A stretch of 64,000 bases of DNA from NCBI GenBank assembly GCA_951406725.2, contig OX597823.1, forward strand, positions 47,058,001-47,122,000. Direction: 5' to 3'. Position 1 is the first letter of the stretch; each line of letters opens with the position of its first letter. Both the position numbers and the translations under genes were made by a program. Origin of the DNA: Octopus vulgaris. Lineage: Eukaryota. The notes beneath the pieces were generated by a model. It searched no databases. It worked only from the letters and a program-made list of their open reading frames with translations, and had not been told where the DNA came from. Positions 1-14,317 of the stretch are shown one piece after another.

Positions 1-1040
1 AAAAAACCATTTCCTTCTGTATAGAAAGAATTCAGAAAGATAACACGCGCTAGCGCACACACCTACACACACACACGCACTCTCTCTCTCTCCCCCTCTC
101 TCTCTCTCTCTTTCTTTCTCACACACACACACTCTCTCTCTCTCTCTCTTTCACACACACACACACATACACATCCACACCCACACACACGCACGCACAC
201 ACATACACACATCTTTATTTGGTTAAAATATGACAGTGTTCCGTATAAAAAAAATAATGCCATCGGTTAGTTTGAATCTGTCGCATAACTTCTTTCTTTT
301 CAATAGAAACCTGACATTCTACTTCAGCAATTTTCGCTAATTTCCTTGTTTACAATTTAGTTTCTTTTAGCTCTTTAATACTCTTTAATCCGCGTGTTTT
401 CGTATTTTTTTTATTCAGTGCCATTACCATACTAGTCTTAACAGTATGTACCTAATGAAGGATGGCACCATTATTACTACCTACAATAGATAAGCGTTGT
501 TGAGAGACCTATATATATATATTTTAATTAAATGTATTCAGAAAAGTGACGACAGAAGTAAACCACCCACTCGAGTAAGAAAAAAGCTAATCTATAGCAG
601 AAAGCATCCCAAGAAAGTTTAGTAGGTCTTGCTTGTATAGGGACGAAATGGAGGTAAATGGGTGAGTGGATCTATTACTTGACCTACATAAAATAACAGT
701 CAAATCTTCCTCAAATTACACCACCCAAGAGTCTTTTTAATACAGTCCAACATTCTTTGTGTGTAGAAAAGAAAAACAGATTATCAAGATAGAGCACCGT
801 TGACGATGGGTCTTTTCAGCCAGAGTTTATTGAAAGATCTAAACAACAATCTGTATGAAACGAGATTTTTTTTTTAAGAAGCATTCTACTTTAGATATAA
901 ACATGGTGTCTATAAGCAATATGTTATGTGGTCGGAAGCTCTGCCTTTTTACACCAAGAACGTTTATACACAATATAGCACTTTTTGTACACGGAAATAT
1001 TCGGACAAGTGTACTCAGCTTTGATCTTGCTTGTTATAGG

Positions 1041-1084
1041 ACACAACGTTTCCGCCGCTGTAACTTCTGGCCTTTTTCAGATGT
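1041..1084 (-). ncRNA. Degenerate minimal type-I hammerhead ribozyme motif (Penelope pLTR type)
   Basis: Minus strand reads ACAU-CUGAAAA-AGGCC...GGCG-GAAA-CG-UU-GUGU. Stem I ACAU/GUGU pairs. Core G8 is mutated and stem II is imperfect. Same layout as the motif at 29177-29219. Confidence 0.5.
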
Positions 1085-1228
1085 TTGTCCATTTGGTAAA
1101 CCTTCTTGGAATTTTTAACCAAACCCATTATTATCTCAACAAGATATGATATTGCTCCCTTTGAGATATCCATAAATGAGATGTATTTTTCTATTAATTA
1201 TTCTATATGTGATGTCCCTTGTTCAACG

Positions 1229-1575
1229 TAGCTAGATCCGGACTGTGCGCTTGATGCGATATAAGTTCAATCCCTCAAGTTCCTGGAGCTTATTTCTGGT
1301 CGTTCGAGCAGTATAATGCCTTGCGTTGTCTTACTGCAGAAGGGCTCGCTTTCTGTTAACTAATGCCGAGTATTTTTACCGCACAATGGCATACATATGC
1401 TCCAGTTGTTCGGAGTACAGGTTGGCATCGATGGCAGGACAGTCCTGAACTCGAAGTAATTTATCCTCTCATAATTCCACCAGATGCAAGCATCACCATG
1501 TGTTCGAAATGTCCATGTCTGACGACAATTTTCGTAAGTTGACCCTTGCTTAACTATTGTTTATGCACGTTTTCA
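1229..1575 (-). mobile_element. Mariner transposase pseudogene fragment (middle of catalytic domain)
   Basis: Minus-strand translation with frameshifts: KQ*LSKGQ...EHMVML-WWNYE...AIDANLYSEQLEHMY...LLQ*DNARHYTARTTRNKLQELEG-ELISHQAHSPDLA. This matches the mariner QDNARPH and YSPDLA motifs. Confidence 0.85.
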
Positions 1576-1585
1576 GAAAATATTT

Positions 1586-1790
1586 CCATCGGATTATTTA
1601 CTTGTTCCGATTCATGACTCACTTCCTATACGAACTTCATTAACCATCTATAGGTGGAAGTTTCAATGAAGGAGATCTTCGCCTCGAAGAGCAAGAACTG
1701 GTATCAGCGTGGAATCAGAGAACCGCCAGAAAGGTGGCTTCAGACGGTACAACACTATATTTTCAATGCTTTGTTGCTTGACGAATAAAG
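1586..1790 (+). mobile_element. Mariner transposase C-terminal fragment
   Basis: Plus strand PSDY-YLFRFMTHFL...VEVSMKEIFASKSKNWYQRGIREPPERWLQTVQH, the segment that normally follows YSPDLA. Confidence 0.8.
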
Positions 1791-1879
1791 CAAATAAGTT
1801 AACACAATATTGATTCCAAATTTTGACAAAAGGCCAACAATTTCAGGAGAGGGTGTAAGTTAATTACATCGAAATTTTT

Positions 1880-3640
1880 GGAAACCATGAATGTTTCTTC
1901 CTTATATAACCCAATACAGACCACGATGAAGGGGTCGAAGCATGCATAGATGCCTTCGAAAAGCGGTCAAACAAAAGTATTCCAACAAATTTTCTCTGTA
2001 GTCTATCGAGGTCTGTGTTACAAAGTAACACAATGAAGTTTAGACAAAAGTTTTACCACCAGACGAAGAGTTGCGCCGTGAGTAACCCCATTGCAGTTAA
2101 TTTCGCTAACATCTTCATGACGAAATTCGAGACACAGTTATTGAAGACATTCAAACCTCTTCTTGGTCATGAACCAATGCTCTGGTTACAATTCATTGAT
2201 GACGTCATTTTTGTCTGGAAAGGATCACAGGATAGGTTAATGGACTCCTTGCATTTCTGTAGCTGTTATGCTAATAACTATGACTTTAAGTCCAACATAA
2301 AGTTTACGTCTAGTTTTTGAAAAACTAGCGTTGAATATTTGGACACAAAAGTTGAGTTTTCTGGAGGCAGAATTGTGACAGAGTTATTTTGCAAGCCTAC
2401 GTCACCCCACATTTATCTCCCCCACCGCTTCGATCATCCACATCATATTACTCGGTCAAATCCGAAATTCCAGTTTCTGAGGATAAAACGGATTTGTACT
2501 GACATAAGGGATTACTGGAAACATGCAAATACTTTTGTACATCATTATGTCAAATGCGGTTACAGTGAATCACGACTAAAGGAAATAGCAAATGAAATAG
2601 CTAAGATTGGCAAAGATAGTCAAACCTTCACGCATAATTTTAGCAAACACAATACAACAGATAACAAAATTCCTTTAGTGATTAAATGGCACCGAAATTT
2701 CGCCGGCATTTCAAAAGTATTGCCTGAAAGTTACCTGCATGTAGTGAAAAAAATATTCTCGTTTCAAACAGATATTTCCTCAGCCGCCTATTGTAGCCTT
2801 TAGACGGAATAAGAATATAAGAGAATTATTGACCTCTATTTCTGACTCCAAGAAGACAAACATGGGAGTATCTGCACGGTGTACCTTGAAAAACAGCTGC
2901 AAGAGAGGTAAGCCTTGTTCGTCGTGCAACAACATGAGTCAAGTGAATGCCATCGGGTATCATAACTGTTATGATTTATACAGAAAGTGGGACGTAAAGA
3001 GTTTCCCATTTGGTGTACGCGGCAGAATGCACGAAACGCAACTTGATTTATGTCGGCTATATAACAGAACAATTAAACAAAAGATTTAATGGGCACAGAT
3101 TCGACGTCAGGCACATTAACAGTAGTTCGACAGAACTTGCCGAAGAGTTCCTTTCAAACGGGCAACTATGAAAGACTTGAAAGTGCATATTCTCAGAAAA
3201 TGTTCTGAATCTGCTTCACTTTCACTTCTCAGAATTCATAAGAAGTATGTTTGCGGGTTATTAACATCACGTCCTGGAGGAATGAATAAAATGACAGGTG
3301 AATATCATTAAATTTATACAGTACTGTTTGATTAAGTATTCTTCTATTTCCTTTTCTTTCCTCTTTTTTCTGTCTCTTAATTTTCTGTCTTTATCTTTTC
3401 GCCTGTTATAAAATTGAAACTTGAAGACTGATGATGTCATTCCATCAACGTGTGGACGCTGATTGCTCTCGTTCATACTTTAAATTTAAATTTCTATAAT
3501 TTTGAATTTTTATCACTTTTTAATTTAAACTTGATAAAGACAGACTTACTGCCGAAATATCGTTCAGCCAATAAAATAGCTATTATATTCGCATCGAGCT
3601 CTTCGCCTTAACTGTTTACCTTGGTAAAGAGTTACGTCAA
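1880..3640 (+). mobile_element. Penelope-like retroelement, 5'-truncated and decayed (RT, thumb, GIY-YIG, 3' region)
   Basis: ORFs 2015-2320 (FYHQTKSCAVSNPIAVNFANIFM...WLQFIDDVIFVW) and 2339-2803 (DTKV...LFCKPTSPHIYL...HPHHI...QFLRIKRIC) are PLE RT motifs. IYVGYITEQLNKRFNGHRFDVR near 3045-3110 is GIY-YIG-like. A degenerate HHR-like CTTGATAAAG..CCGAAA lies at 3530-3557. Confidence 0.9.
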
Positions 3641-3655
3641 TCTTTTTAAAATACA

Positions 3656-3726
<71 letters not shown>

Positions 3727-4315
3727 GACGGCAGGAATGACTTTGACCATAGGCCTGCTGTTTCAGGTTTAATTTGATGCTAAAACAGCAAGGTAGTTTT
3801 AGATACACTTTGTCAGAAATATAAGGGTTGACACGAACGTTTGTGAACAATCGTCTGCTCGCTCAGATCTGACTCTGATCTACGAAAGTGTTAATACTTA
3901 TCGTATACATTCACGAGAATATATTCATTCCATGGTTCTTTTGTAATGGTTTGCCCATAGAAAAAAATATGCCTGCAGATATTTACCTTAAAAATCTAAA
4001 CTATTGTTATAATATTTCATCATTTTCTAACCTTACTCCCAATACTTAAGTTCAGTACTTGATAGCTGACTGGTTTTTCTATTCTATTTCTTATTGAAGA
4101 AAATTCTACTTTCCTTGGTAAGAACATTATAAAGTTGCTTATACATTTCTATAAGATTCCTTTTCTATGTTAAAGGTAAATATTTATTTCTTCGTGTCCT
4201 GTCATATTCTTAAATATTGCCAAAGGTTCTTGAAAGTCTATTTTTATTATACTCCAACAGCAACATGTCATAACGAGTTAAATTTTTTTCCATATACTCT
4301 AATGAAACGTGTGTG

Positions 4316-4563
4316 GAGGTGCGTGGCTTAGTGGTTAGGGTATTGAACTCATGATCGTAAGGTTGTGGTTTCGATTCCTAGACCAGGCGATGCGTTGTGT
4401 TCTTGAGCAAAACACTCCATTTCACGTTGCTCCAGTCCACTCGGCTGGCAAAAATGAGTAATCCTGCGACGAACCGGCATCCCGTCCGGGTGGGGAATTT
4501 CTACACCACTGAAACCGGGAAACCGGCCCTTATGAGCCTGGCATGGCTCGAAGTAGCATTACT
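4316..4563 (+). mobile_element. tRNA-derived SINE (family C) with 16-bp TSD
   Basis: A-box TGGCTTAGTGG and B-box GTTTCGATTCC. Direct repeat TAATGAAACGTGTGTG at 4300-4315 and 4564-4579. Confidence 0.9.
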
Positions 4564-4793
4564 TAATGAAACGTGTGTGTGCGTGTGTATTTGGGTGTGT
4601 GTGCGTGCGTGCAATATCTTTATGAGAGCATATTCGAAATGGGATCAATCTAGAACGGAGCGGAATCAAAGATGTGCTACAGAATACCGAAAGTGCAAAT
4701 TCTGCTGGGTCAGACATGTCACAAATTTCACAGACAACTGATGGATCCGTGCTGTTCCTGAGTAGTATCCAAAAGATCAGGAAAAGTGATTCC

Positions 4794-5024
4794 TATTTCT
4801 TTATTACCCACAAGGGGCTAAACATAGAAGAGACAAAGACAGACATAGGTATTAAGTCGATTACATCGACCCCAGTGCGTAACTGGTACTTAACTTATCA
4901 ATACCTGAAAGGATGAAAGGCAAAGTCGACCTCGGCGGAATTTGAACTCACAACGTAACGACAGACGAATTACGGCTACGCATTTCGCCCGGCGTGCTAA
5001 TGTTTCTGCCAGCTCGACGCCTTT
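4794..5024 (-). mobile_element. tRNA-derived SINE (family A) with 18-bp TSD
   Basis: Head GGCGTCGAGCTGGCAGAAAC and B-box GAGTTCAAATTCC, with central GCCTTTCATCCTTTC domain. TSD ATCAGGAAAAGTGATTCC at 4776-4793 and 5025-5042. Confidence 0.9.
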
Positions 5025-5659
5025 ATCAGGAAAAGTGATTCCGAAGTAATCTCCACGACGACGGGAAGACGAATTAGTTAAGTGATTTGGAACAAGATGA
5101 AAAAGAATAGCGCAAACGACAAAGAAATCGAAGCGCATTGTGAGCAGCGATGTCGAACAACATCTGACGGCCTGGCTTTTACAGTAATACTGTGATATCT
5201 GCGTGTATGTATAAGCGTCTAGATAAATGTCTAGACAGAAATAGATATGGACAAAGACATGTGTGTGTTTGTGTGAGTGTGTATGTGTGTGTGTGGGGGG
5301 GGTGAGTTTGACTTTGTGTGTCTTTGTGTCTGTGCTTGTCTCTCTCCTATCGCCGCTTGACAACCAGTGTTGGTGTGTTTACGTCCTCATAACATAGCAG
5401 TTCGGTCAAAGAAACTGACAGAATAAGTACCAATCTAAAACAAAGGAAAGTTCTTGGGTTGATTCATTCGACAAAAAGAATTCTTCAAGGTGGTGCCCCA
5501 GCTTGGCCACAATCTAATGACCGAAACAAATAAAAGATAGAAGAACTTTCATGTTCATATATATATTGATTCTATGGTGTAATGGTGAGTAGACTGGACC
5601 CTGAATCCAACGAAGCCAGTTCGTGTCTCGGTAGGACCTTACCGCTTTACTCTTCAAGG

Positions 5660-5819
5660 CACAGGCACGGCTGTGTGGTAAGAATCTTATTTCCCAACCA
5701 TATGGTTCCGAGTTCAGTCCCACTACGGGATACCTTGTGCAAGAGTCTTGTAGTATAGCTTCGGGACGGCAAAAGTCTTACAAGAGGATTTGGTAAAGTG
5801 AAACTAAAGAAAACGCGTC

Positions 5820-5857
<38 letters not shown>

Positions 5858-6060
5858 TGAGGGTTCTTTCTGTTCGTGTTTTCCCCCCACCACTGCTTGA
5901 CAACCGGTTTTAGTGCCTTTCGGTGAGAGAGACCGACACAATAAACACTAGGCTTTATTAGGCTTTAAAAAAGTCTTGGGTCGATTTGTTTGACTAAAAA
6001 ACCTTCAAGGCGGTGCCCCAGCATGGCCGCAGTGAAATGACTGAAACAAATAAAAGGTAA
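5660..6060 (+). mobile_element. tRNA-derived SINE (family B, CORE-like, internal microsatellite)
   Basis: Homologous to copies at 18060, 54111 and 56115: head GGCTGTGTGGTAAG, internal TA tract, tail GCAGTGAAATGACTGAAAC. Confidence 0.8.
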
Positions 6061-6074
6061 AAATCTGAATGACC

Positions 6075-6143
<69 letters not shown>

Positions 6144-6147
<4 letters not shown>

Positions 6148-7238
6148 GTCATCCCATAAATAATGCAGTTCTTTAATACTTCTTTTATTTTTCTAAATTT
6201 AGATAAACAAAATTCCATTTTAATCTAAAATATACTCTCCCTCATTTTCTACAATGTTCTTCTATCGATCTGGAAGACTAGCAAGGCCGATCTTCCAAAA
6301 TTCACTTGTCCCTGACGAAAAATACTCTTCTTGTTCCATTCCGACCTCGTCTACAGAATTCATATTTATTCCGTCCAAATGATTTTGAAGACTGCGGAAT
6401 AAATGATAATCAGATGGGGTAATGTCAGGCGAATATGGTGGGTTCGGCATCGTTTCCTCTTCAAAGTGCTTCATATCGCACCAACAGACAAGAACAATTT
6501 GCGTTGGTGAAGACCTTTAGTTTTGGGTGCCGGTGTTTCTCCTTCCCCTACTAACTGTCTTCGGCGCTTGACATTTCTACAGAGAACTCATTTCTCATCA
6601 CTAGTCACTATTCGTTCCAAAAAAAGGTTCATTCTTGAGACATGACAGCAAAGAATAGCACACGTTTACTCTCTGCGCGCGATTAGACACGGAAATTTAT
6701 GGGGAACCCATTGACCCAATTTGCTGACTTTTCCGATGGCATGCAGGCGGCGATGAATGGCTGAATGACCGAACCCAAGCTTCTCTGCTAGTTCCTCAAT
6801 AGTTACGATGGGATTTTGTTCCACCAGGGTTTGTAGGGTGCCCTTGTCGAGCTCTGCAGAACTCTCAGAACGTAGCTCGTTTTCTAGGCTGTAGTTTCCG
6901 GTTCAGAATTTTTAGAACCACAGTCGACACTGGCTTACGCTTATTGTCCGATCCCCATTTACTGCATTAATATTCACCATACTTTCCGTTGCGTTGTTGC
7001 CTTTATTGAATTCATAAAGCAAGCTATGTCGAATATTCTCCTTTGTCACTTCCATCATACCTTTGAAAGAAATAACTGTTAAAAACTAACTGCACTCTTC
7101 AAAATTTGCACTAAGAATAAGGAGGTAAAATTACTACTTGACTTTATACCAAGTTGATACAAGTAGTTTATCCTGTCCCATCCGTCTTTTAGTTCATGCA
7201 ATTGAAAAAAAGACCGCATTATTTATAAAATACCCCAA
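6144..7238 (-). mobile_element. Mariner element, internally deleted, both TIRs present, inserted in (TA)n
   Basis: Left TIR TTGGGTCATCCCATAAATAATGCAGT; right TIR (rc) TTGGGGTATTTTATAAATAATGCGGT; TA on both sides. ORF 6262-6474 contains PPYSPDITPSDYHLFRSLQNHL. Confidence 0.92.
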
Positions 7239-7239
7239 T

Positions 7240-9025
<1,786 letters not shown>

Positions 9026-9339
9026 ACGTGCATTAGTGATAATCTATTCATCACACACATATTAATGTAGAAGGGGTGTGTATGTGAAATGGGGGTACGT
9101 TTGGATATCTGTTATCTGTCTTCCTGATCTCGAGTAGCGGGTCACGATTTCGTTTTATCAATCGCAATACAAGTTTAAAAGTACTTTCTTCACCTTAAAA
9201 CTCCAGGTCAAAATCTATGTTCCCCCCTTTAACAGATGTTCACTTCCTGTCGTCGTTCTTACGCCAAGACATTCGAGACGTTTGGCTCAGGTTTAGAAAC
9301 TTGTCATTGTTTATTATTACTGCCGTCTCCGCCTTCTCC

Positions 9340-9698
9340 ACAACCGTCACAACCCCCCATCGCCCCCCGCCCCCCGCCACCACCACCACCGCTGCTGCTG
9401 CTGCTAATGATGATGATGGTGATATTGAAGATGATGATGATGATGATGATGATGAGGAGGAGGAGGAGGAGGAAGCTAGTGTTGGGGTAATGCAAACGGT
9501 GGCGGCGGTGGCGGTGGCGGCAGCAGCGCAAGTGGTTGTGAGCGGGGACGTCCCGCTGGAAACGGTGGCAGCGACGACGACGACAACGACGATGTTGATG
9601 ATGATGATGATGATGTTGGAGATGACAACGATGAGGAGGACGAAGACGACAATAATGCTAATGGTGACGATAACAATGACGATGATGACGACGACGAC

Positions 9699-9759
<61 letters not shown>

Positions 9760-9940
9760 ATGACAACGATGAGGAAGACGAAGACGATGATAATGCTAAT
9801 GATGATGATGACGATGACGATGATGATGATGATGGAGATGACAACGATGAGGAGGACGAAGACGACGATAATGCTAATGGTGATGATAACGATGACAATG
9901 ATGACGACGACGACGATGATGATGATGATGATGATGAAAG
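9340..9940. repeat. Compound trinucleotide repeat (CCA/GCT/GAT/GAG/GGC/GAC) with a higher-order unit repeated 3 times
   Basis: Unit GGAGATGACAACGATGAGGARGACGAAGACGA...ATAATGCTAATG starts at 9618, 9756 and 9834. Confidence 0.9.
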
Positions 9941-10099
9941 TGGTACTCATGAGTTTCATCACCATAACGACGGTAGAAGTGATATATTTTCCTCTCGGCT
10001 TTGTTAATGGTCCAGTGAACCTTGGACTACATTATACTGTTTTCTCTAATACACCTTAACAGCGACTTGGTTACTAGTTTTAAGAAATCGACCGACACG

Positions 10100-10410
10100 T
10101 TGGTGGCAGAATCGTTAGCACGCCGGACAAAATCCTTAGCAATGTTTCGCCCGCCGCTACGTTCTGGGTTCAAATTCCATCCTAGTCGACTTTGCTTTGA
10201 TCCTTTCGGAATCTGTGAAAATAAATACCTATTTCTTTATTACCCACAAGGGGCTAAACACAGAGGGGACAAACAAGGACAGACATAGGTATTAAGTCGA
10301 TTACATCGACTCCAGTGCGTACCTGGTACTTAATTTATCAACCCTGAAAGGATGAAAGGCAAAGTCGACCTCGACACACTGGAGGTCATAGATTTAATCG
10401 ATTTTCCCCC
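10100..10410 (+). mobile_element. Family A SINE interrupted by an inverted family A fragment (about 10222-10375)
   Basis: Plus-strand head TGGCAGAATCGTTAGCACGCCGG...GGTTCAAATTCC, then an rc copy of the family A 3' half, then the host resumes at CACTGGAGGTC. Confidence 0.75.
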
Positions 10411-10418
10411 TCCCCTAT

Positions 10419-10780
10419 AGTTGTTGGCATCCTTTTGTCTCGGGAGACAATGGAGTTGCGCATAAACTAATCCAGTCTGGTTTTTACATTTCATATCCTC
10501 TCCAGTTTTGCGCAGGCCTGGGCTAGATGTAAGAAAATCCTGGGTAGCCCAATCGTCAGGATTCCTCTCTCGACCTTGCTGATGTAGTCCAAAGGAGTGC
10601 AGAGCATTACGTCTGGCACCAGCTTGGTTGCAGGAGCTGCCGGAAGGGTGTCGAGTCGAACACTAAACCGCCTACGGGGCTCCACTCGGGATTTCTTTGA
10701 TGGTTGTCTCCTCTCCGTAACCCTGGAGCCACCTGAGCCCGGACCTCGTGTCAGGCAGGGTCGTCACTCCTTGAAGTAGT
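10419..10780 (+). mobile_element. Probable RTE-clade LINE 5'-region fragment
   Basis: GC-richer island with GATGTAGTCCAAAGGAGTGCAGAGCATTACGTCTGGCACCAGCTTGG, related to the rc of the family C SINE body. Resemblance to RTE 5' UTRs is from memory; no ORF support. Confidence 0.45.
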
Positions 10781-11176
10781 GAAGAAAATCGCTACCAACT
10801 ACCTATAGTAGAAAGGATTATTTTTATAGTGCTGTTGTTGCTGTTACTGTTGCCGTCGTTGTTGCTGCTACTGTTGTTCTTATTTACACTCATGTTAGCC
10901 GCAGGATTTGTGTTTTGAAAAGGTTAAAGAGTGTAATGGACGAAGGTTTTGTCCCTTGAATAATTTTTAAAACCTCGCACTTATTTGCGTGCTGTGCATG
11001 TATGTATGTATGTATGTATGTATGTATGTATGTATGTATGTATGTATGTATGTATGTATGTATGTATGTATGTGTGTGTGTATGTATGTATGTATGTATG
11101 TATGTATGTATGTATGTATGTATGTATGCATGCATGTATGTATGAATGTATGTATGTATGTATGTATGTATGTATG

Positions 11177-11325
11177 TCATTATTAAATTTTATTTCTAGA
11201 TTTCTTCCCAATAGAGAAAGATCCAGTTTCTAGCCCAGATCCAAGGCCCTTTCATTGGATTTCAGCAACAGTATCAAGGTATTTCTCTGTGTGTATGTAT
11301 GTATGTATGTATTTATGTATGTATG

Positions 11326-11356
<31 letters not shown>

Positions 11357-11610
11357 GTGTATAGATTTTTATGCTTTGTTTTATGTATGTATTCTCATGC
11401 ATAAAATTGCATGTCTAGACATGCATATATATATTTAAATGATAAACTGTAAAGTTTTATTGATTTTTACAGTTCCAGTGATGGATTGGATCTATAGTCT
11501 TCGAATTAGCTTTCTCTTTTCTGGTTTTGAGAAACAACTTCTCAAGACTGGTATGTATGCAGTGTATTACAGAGCCCCAATAATTACAGGTATAAACTTG
11601 AAGATGACTG
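11177..11610 (-). mobile_element. 3' end of an R4/Dong-like (restriction-like endonuclease) non-LTR retrotransposon ending in (CATA)n
   Basis: Minus strand 11435-11605 gives FKFIPVIIGAL*...LEKL-FSKPEKRKLIRRL*IQSITGTVKINKTLQFII*, the typical RLE C-terminus. The 3' UTR follows and runs into (CATA)n. Confidence 0.8.
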
Positions 11611-11984
11611 AACTTGGATTTTAACACTTTATATATATATATATATATAATATCTCAAGTATAATCAGCCGAAATTGCGAAGATAATCTGGTACTTGACT
11701 GAGGAAAGAAAACTTCGAATGACCCCTCCTTCGAATGACCCGTCATTTTCTTTGAATAACGATACAAAAAAAAGAAGAAAACTTGTTTTCTTTGTTGTCT
11801 CATTTTTGTATCACCTAACTGTCCGGATGTTTTGCGTTCTTGTCCCATTTTGGATTTTAGATATATATATATATGACTGCAGTCTCTCGTATCCAGCAAA
11901 GACGGGGCTTCGCAGTTTCTTGCTGAAAGATCGACACAAATGGTCTGTTTATAGGGATCAAATGTATGTGATCTATGCATTACC

Positions 11985-12195
11985 TCACACCCGCCATTTC
12001 AACTGTAGAAATGAGCTGCGACTTCACTGGCGTCAAGCTGTATCGGCCTTTGCCTTTCACTTCGATAACGTCGGTGGCGTGATGAGAGGAGGCTGGTATG
12101 CATGGGTGACTGCTGAGCTTCCATAGACAACTTTGCCCGGATTGTACCTCGGAGGGTAACTTTTCAGGTGCAATCCCATGGTCATTCACCGTCAT
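11985..12195 (+). mobile_element. Family C SINE, 3' portion
   Basis: Homologous to 55560-55765 and 46600-46785. Confidence 0.8.
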
Positions 12196-12659
12196 CTAGA
12201 AGGAAGTCGTAATAAGAACTAGGTTTTCATCCCGCCCAGGGGTTCACATGCTTGTTAACCCATATGTAGGATCCTGACACATGTTACCACTTCGGATCAG
12301 GGTAGCTAACGGGTGGTTCCACATGCTTCAAAATCTTGTAACTGCTTTGTGAGTGGATTTGCTAGACGGAAACTGGGAAAATATCGACACCCACAACTAC
12401 ACACACACACGCGCACACACGCACACACACACACACACACACATACACACATATATATATATAATAAACCTTTACATAAATAAATAACGTGAAATACACG
12501 AAGGGACGAACAAACAGACAAACGGGTCATTCAAAGCCTTCATTCTTCAGTCAGAAACTGATCCCTCATATATATATATATATATATATGCTAATATACA
12601 TGTGCTCCAGAATGGCCGTAGAAAATGACTGAAAGAAGTAAATGAGTAGAAAAAGTATA

Positions 12660-12707
<48 letters not shown>

Positions 12708-13033
12708 AGAAATAATTAAGATTCAGTTGAATTAGGTACTTAATTTGAGGCACGAAGTCTGTTCAGTATTGTCCGGACAGCTCGAAGTTAGGTGAATAAA
12801 AGGCAAATAAATAACAAGGATGTCCTTGTTTATTATTTACTTTATATATGTGCGTGTCTGTGTCTCTGTGGGCGTGCGCGTGTGTGTTTGTATGTATATG
12901 TGTGGTGTGTGTGTCTGCGCGTGGGGTGCGGGGGTCCGTACGTGTGTCAGTCTTCCACACACTGTTTGCGAACCGGTGGTGTGTGTCTACATCACCATAA
13001 CTAAGAGGTTAGAAAATGCAGAGAATTTCGCCC

Positions 13034-13256
13034 GGCGAGCTGGCGGAAACGTTAGCACGCCGGGCGAAATGCTTAGCGTTATTTCCTCTGCCGTTACGTT
13101 CTGAGTTCAAATTCCACTGAGGTCGACTTTGCCTTTCATCCTTTCGGGGTCGATTAAATTAAGTACCAGTTACGCACTGGGGTTGATGTAATCGACTTTA
13201 TCCTTTTGTCTGTCCCCCTCTATGTTTAGCCCTTTGTGGGCAATAAAGAAATAAGA
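13034..13256 (+). mobile_element. Family A SINE
   Basis: GGCGAGCTGGCGGAAACGTTAGCACGCC head, B-box, tail GCAATAAAGAAATAAG. Confidence 0.88.
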
Positions 13257-13439
13257 AAATGCAGAGAATTATAGCATACGAGACTAAATATGTGTATGAG
13301 AAAGAGAGAGAGAGAGAGAGAGAGTATGTGTGTGAAAGAAAAAAGGGGAGAGAACTTGCATATGTATGTATGTAGATGTAAATGAGTGTGTATGTATACA
13401 TGTCACTAAGTAAGTGAATAGATAGAGAGGTAGGTAAGT

Positions 13440-13870
13440 GGGTACGGCTGTGAGCGTTTAGTAAGTTCCCTTCGTAACCACATAGCTTCAGGTTGAGTCC
13501 AACTGCGTAGCACCTTGGGTTAGTATCTTTTACTGTAGCTCAGAGCCGACTATTGCATCCTATGGATGTGTAAGTACTCGTTTCTGTCCACCAATGAGAT
13601 GTTTAGCACTCATTCTCATTGTCCGATATTAGCGTACGCGTTTGTGTGTGTGTTGGGGTGGAGGTTGAGTGTGTGTGTGTGTGTGTTTCTGTTTTTGTCA
13701 CCTCACTATCGCTTGTCAACCGATGTTGATGTGTTTACGTCCTCTAGCGTTTCGGCAAAAGAGACCAATGAAATAAGAGGCTTGCAAAGAATAAGTTCTA
13801 GGGTTATATGTTCAACTAAAGACGATGCCCCAACATGGCCGCAGTCAAATGACTGAAACAAGTAAAAGAA
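13440..13870 (+). mobile_element. Family B SINE, diverged
   Basis: CACCTTGGG core and tail ATGGCCGCAGTCAAATGACTGAAACAAGTAAAAG. Confidence 0.7.
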
Positions 13871-13941
13871 TGGAAGAGTATACATACATATACGTTATAC
13901 TATATATACACACACACATATACATACATACATGCATACAT

Positions 13942-14317
13942 AGTAAAAAAACACTACCTTGTTGTTGAAATTCCAATGAAGGAGCATTGGATCTAGGTTA
14001 GAAACAGACACTTTCTCTATTGGCAAGAAATACTGAATAAAACTGAAGAACGACATACACACAAACATACATACATACATACATACATACATACATACAT
14101 ACATACATACATACATACATACATACATACATGCATACATACATACATACATGCATACATACATACGTACGTACATACATACATACATACATACATACAT
14201 ACAAACAAACATACCCTGTTGCTGATGTTGAAATTCCAATGAAGGAACCTTAGATCAAGGTTAGAAACTGGCTCTTTCTCTGTTGGCAAGAAATCTTGAA
14301 TTAAAACTGAAGAATGA
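13942..14317 (+). mobile_element. Two tandem 3'-UTR termini of the R4/Dong-like element, each followed by (CATA)n
   Basis: 13942-14053 and 14211-14317 both match the rc of 11177-11285 (GTTGAAATTCCAATGAAGGA...TTAGAAAC...TGGCAAGAAA...AAAACTGAAGAAYGA). Confidence 0.85.

Noticed and set aside
9217-10059. 280-aa ORF, the longest in the window
   Set aside because: It is open only because of ATG/GAT/ACG triplet repeats (poly-M/T/D). Overlapping frames are equally open and there is no domain.
10725-10790. HDV-like ribozyme in the RTE-like fragment
   Set aside because: GAC-CTCGT-GTC gives too short an L3 loop, and no convincing P1, P2 or P1.1 could be assigned.
11697-11745. CTGAGGA..CTTCGAATGACC hammerhead-like motif (related rc at about 12523-12552)
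   Set aside because: It lacks GAAA and an A15.1-U16.1 pair with an NUH site. Probably a repeat end, but not supportable as an HHR.
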